From: Ginglymostoma cirratum
Taxonomy: Eukaryota
Reading direction: 5' to 3'
Assembly (NCBI GenBank): GCA_024137785.1
Contig: JAHRHZ010000043.1
Span: forward strand, 3,389,275 to 3,453,274
DNA length: 64,000 nt
Of the stretch, positions 61,338 to 64,000 are shown piece by piece (within the stretch, counting starts at the first letter, position 1; each line of letters starts with the position of its first letter). Below the pieces are notes generated by a model, which was not told the DNA's origin, did not search any database, and saw nothing but the letters and a program-made list of their open reading frames with translations. Made by a program: the position numbers and the translations under genes.

Positions 61338-62247
61338 CATATCAGGAAACATTCACTTTCAAAAATGACCTAAAGTTGATGCAAGAGGATAGATTGCAAA
61401 AACTGCCTCAGAGATGGGGAGGATTAGGGAGTGAATTCCTGAGCTGGAGCACAGACTACTAAAGAGTACGAAGTGAGGAACACACAAAATTGGGATGCTC
61501 AGGACTGCAGAGATCGCATGGGGTAGAAGACATCATAAACAGAATAACAAATTGCTGGAAAAACTCAACAGGTTTAGAGAGAAAACAGTTAACTCGAGTC
61601 GGGTGACACCCACATTTTCAGCATCTTGCAGTTCTTTATTTTATGTTAGGTTACAGAGACAGTAAGGGTGAGGCTATGGAGGGACCTGAGAGAGACAATG
61701 AAAAGTTGAAATGCTATAAGAGGGAGTGTAAACATTTCTCACATCGCGAAGTACATATGTTTAGTTTTTGTTCGGTGAAGCAACTGTCTATACCAGTGCT
61801 TCCTACGTGACATGCCCAGCCATGGGAAACTAGCTGGGAGGTCGGTTAGAGACATAGAACAATAGAACATAGAACAATGCAGCGCAGAACAGGCCCTTCG
61901 GCCCTCGATGTTGCGCCGCCCTGTGACCTAATCTAAGCCCATCCCCCTACACTATCCCACAAGGAGAAAGCAGCCAGCAATGGGGAGTCATACTGCGGCA
62001 GTGGTCGGTGAATGATAGCACAGGGAGGGTTGAGCGGCGTTGACAGTGACTCTCAGTGAAGTCCTCAAAATGGCACCAGATTGTCGTAACAGAACACTTT
62101 TCACTAGACGTACGTGACAATACATCATTCATCATTGTTTGCAGTTCAGGAAAGCAGTTTCACATCACCTCGAGACTAGTTCTGCTTTCCCAATGCCAGT
62201 GTTTCTCATTAATGGAGTTAATTGGAAAAGCTTCTTTGGTGGCATTT

Positions 62248-62413
62248 GAGATAACAAGGTGTAGAGCTGGATGAACACAGCAGGCAAGCTTGATGTTTCG
62301 GGCCTAGAAAAGGGTCTAGGCCCGAAACGTCAAGCTTTCCTGCTTGGCCTGCTGTGTGCATCCAGCTCCACACCTTGTTATCTCGGATTCTCCGGCATCT
62401 GCAGTACCTATAA
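62248..62413. mobile_element. Palindromic Penelope mini-element (family A, internally deleted)
   Basis: Inverted arms gagataacaaggtg...; flanked by the direct repeat tctttggtggcatttga (62233 / 62414). Confidence 0.75.
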
Positions 62414-62589
62414 TCTTTGGTGGCATTTGAATCCACTTCTGTGGAGCACAAGCCTGGGCTGATCAGATTGAGAGACCAGTGATATTACCAGGACACCACC
62501 AGCTGCCCTTTCTCCTCCTTGCCAGAAAAAAAAACAGCAATACAGACCCTTCTGCCCTCTTGCGCCAACACATGATGCCTTTCTGAAGT

Positions 62590-63230
62590 AAAAGCTTTTT
62601 GCCTCCATGCTGTTCCTACCCCTCTATTCCATGCCTATTGGCATATCTGTCAAGATAGCTCATAAAAGTTGCTATTTGATTGGTCTTCATCTCCTCTGGT
62701 AGCACATCCCAGGCACATATTACCCTTTGTGTAATAAAAAAAAAAACTTGCCTCTCACGTCTGCCTTAAACTTACCCCCTTTTACCTTAAACCTACGTCC
62801 CTCAGTATTTGATATTTCTGCCTTGGGGGAAAAAAGACACTAAATATTCATTATAACCATGCTTCTTAGTTTTGTAAGCTTCTATCAGGTCACCACCCCA
62901 TCCTTGGGCCTTCAAGTTTGTCCAATCTCTTCTCATAGCTAATACCCTCCAAACAGGCAACATCCTAGTAAACGGTTTCTGCACCCTCTCCAAACCCTCC
63001 ACATCCTTTGTCAAATCTGGTGACCGGAACTGTATACAATATTCCAAATGTGTCGCAAGTTCTGTACAGCTGTAACACGACTTGCCAATTTTTTACACCC
63101 TATGCCCTGACCAATGAAGACAAGCATGCCAAGCGTCTTCTCAACCACGTGATCCACTTGTGTTGCTACTTTCAGGAAATGGTGAACCGTTTGCCTGGAT
63201 CCCTCTGTATGTTGATGCCACGTGCTGCAT
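62590..63230 (-). mobile_element. CR1 LINE fragment
   Basis: Encodes EYCIQFRSPDLTKDVEGLERVQK. Confidence 0.8.
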
Positions 63231-64000
63231 AGAGCACAATGGTGTTCGCTTTGTTCCTCACCAGCCCTTATATTCCATGAATCATCCTCTCCCATTTACA
63301 CCATGTCTGGCATAGCATCACAGCCAAACACACTATTTCCATTTGCCGGGAGGTGCTGTTCCCTGTTCCCTCTCGGTCCATACCGTTGTCAACGTGACGC
63401 CCCACAGCTCTACACCACAACCACCCTCCTAACAATCCCTCCTCTCCTCTTTGCTGCCCCCCACCCCCAACTGAAGTTTTCCATGCAACTCTAGGATCAC
63501 ACATTTGTCCTTTTACCATCTCCTTCTCACCATCCAAATGCATCGAACACATATGCCAGTGATTTACCTCTTTCACATACAGAATGTGGTCTCTACATAG
63601 GGAAGTACAAATGGAGACTACGTGATTGTTTTGAGGAATTAATCTCTGTTCGGACCACAAACATGACCAAGCTTCCCATTGTTTGATATTTTAATTCTAC
63701 ATCTTGCTACCACTCTGCCCCTGCTGTAGTGTTCCACTGAAGCTCAATGTTAGTTTGATATATAGCAGGACAGTATATCTTTTTTGCTGTGTAACACTTG
63801 GCATATTTTAATATGTTGTTGCTGTTGTCAAGGGCCGGGCAACTTTGAGATCTTGGGCAATATTGGCAGAAGACGCTTTGACAATTTATATTACTGAAAA
63901 AAATGACTCATTTTACCAAACCATTTTGTCTTATGCTGATCAGGAAGATTTACAAGAATTCCCAAAGTAAAGAGAAAACATTCACACTGTATGAAAGAAA

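Overview
This is repeat-rich vertebrate genomic DNA. The repeat content (HE1-type V-SINEs, Deu-type SINEs, CR1 LINEs, Penelope elements) indicates a cartilaginous fish, most likely a shark (inference). The one well-supported gene is a complete minus-strand, 8-exon, ~653-aa type I membrane Ig-superfamily adhesion molecule of the VCAM1/MAdCAM1/ICAM family (58887->39275). It has a signal peptide, a D1 with two CxxxC pairs and an IDS integrin-binding motif, a VCAM-type D2, a D3, three ~96%-identical tandem Ig exons, and a TM segment with a short tail. All seven introns are GT-AG and phase 1. The three repeated exons share only short, mosaic intron flanks, which points to exon-restricted gene conversion. 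The rest of the window is mostly nested retroelements. These include several Penelope families and short palindromic derivatives that carry hammerhead-ribozyme-like cores (CUGAnGA...GAAA). There are also two tRNA pseudogenes, two minisatellites and two assembly gaps. A few weak exon-like islands (2-16 kb and 28-34 kb) could not be assigned. Repeat boundaries are approximate and were read by eye.
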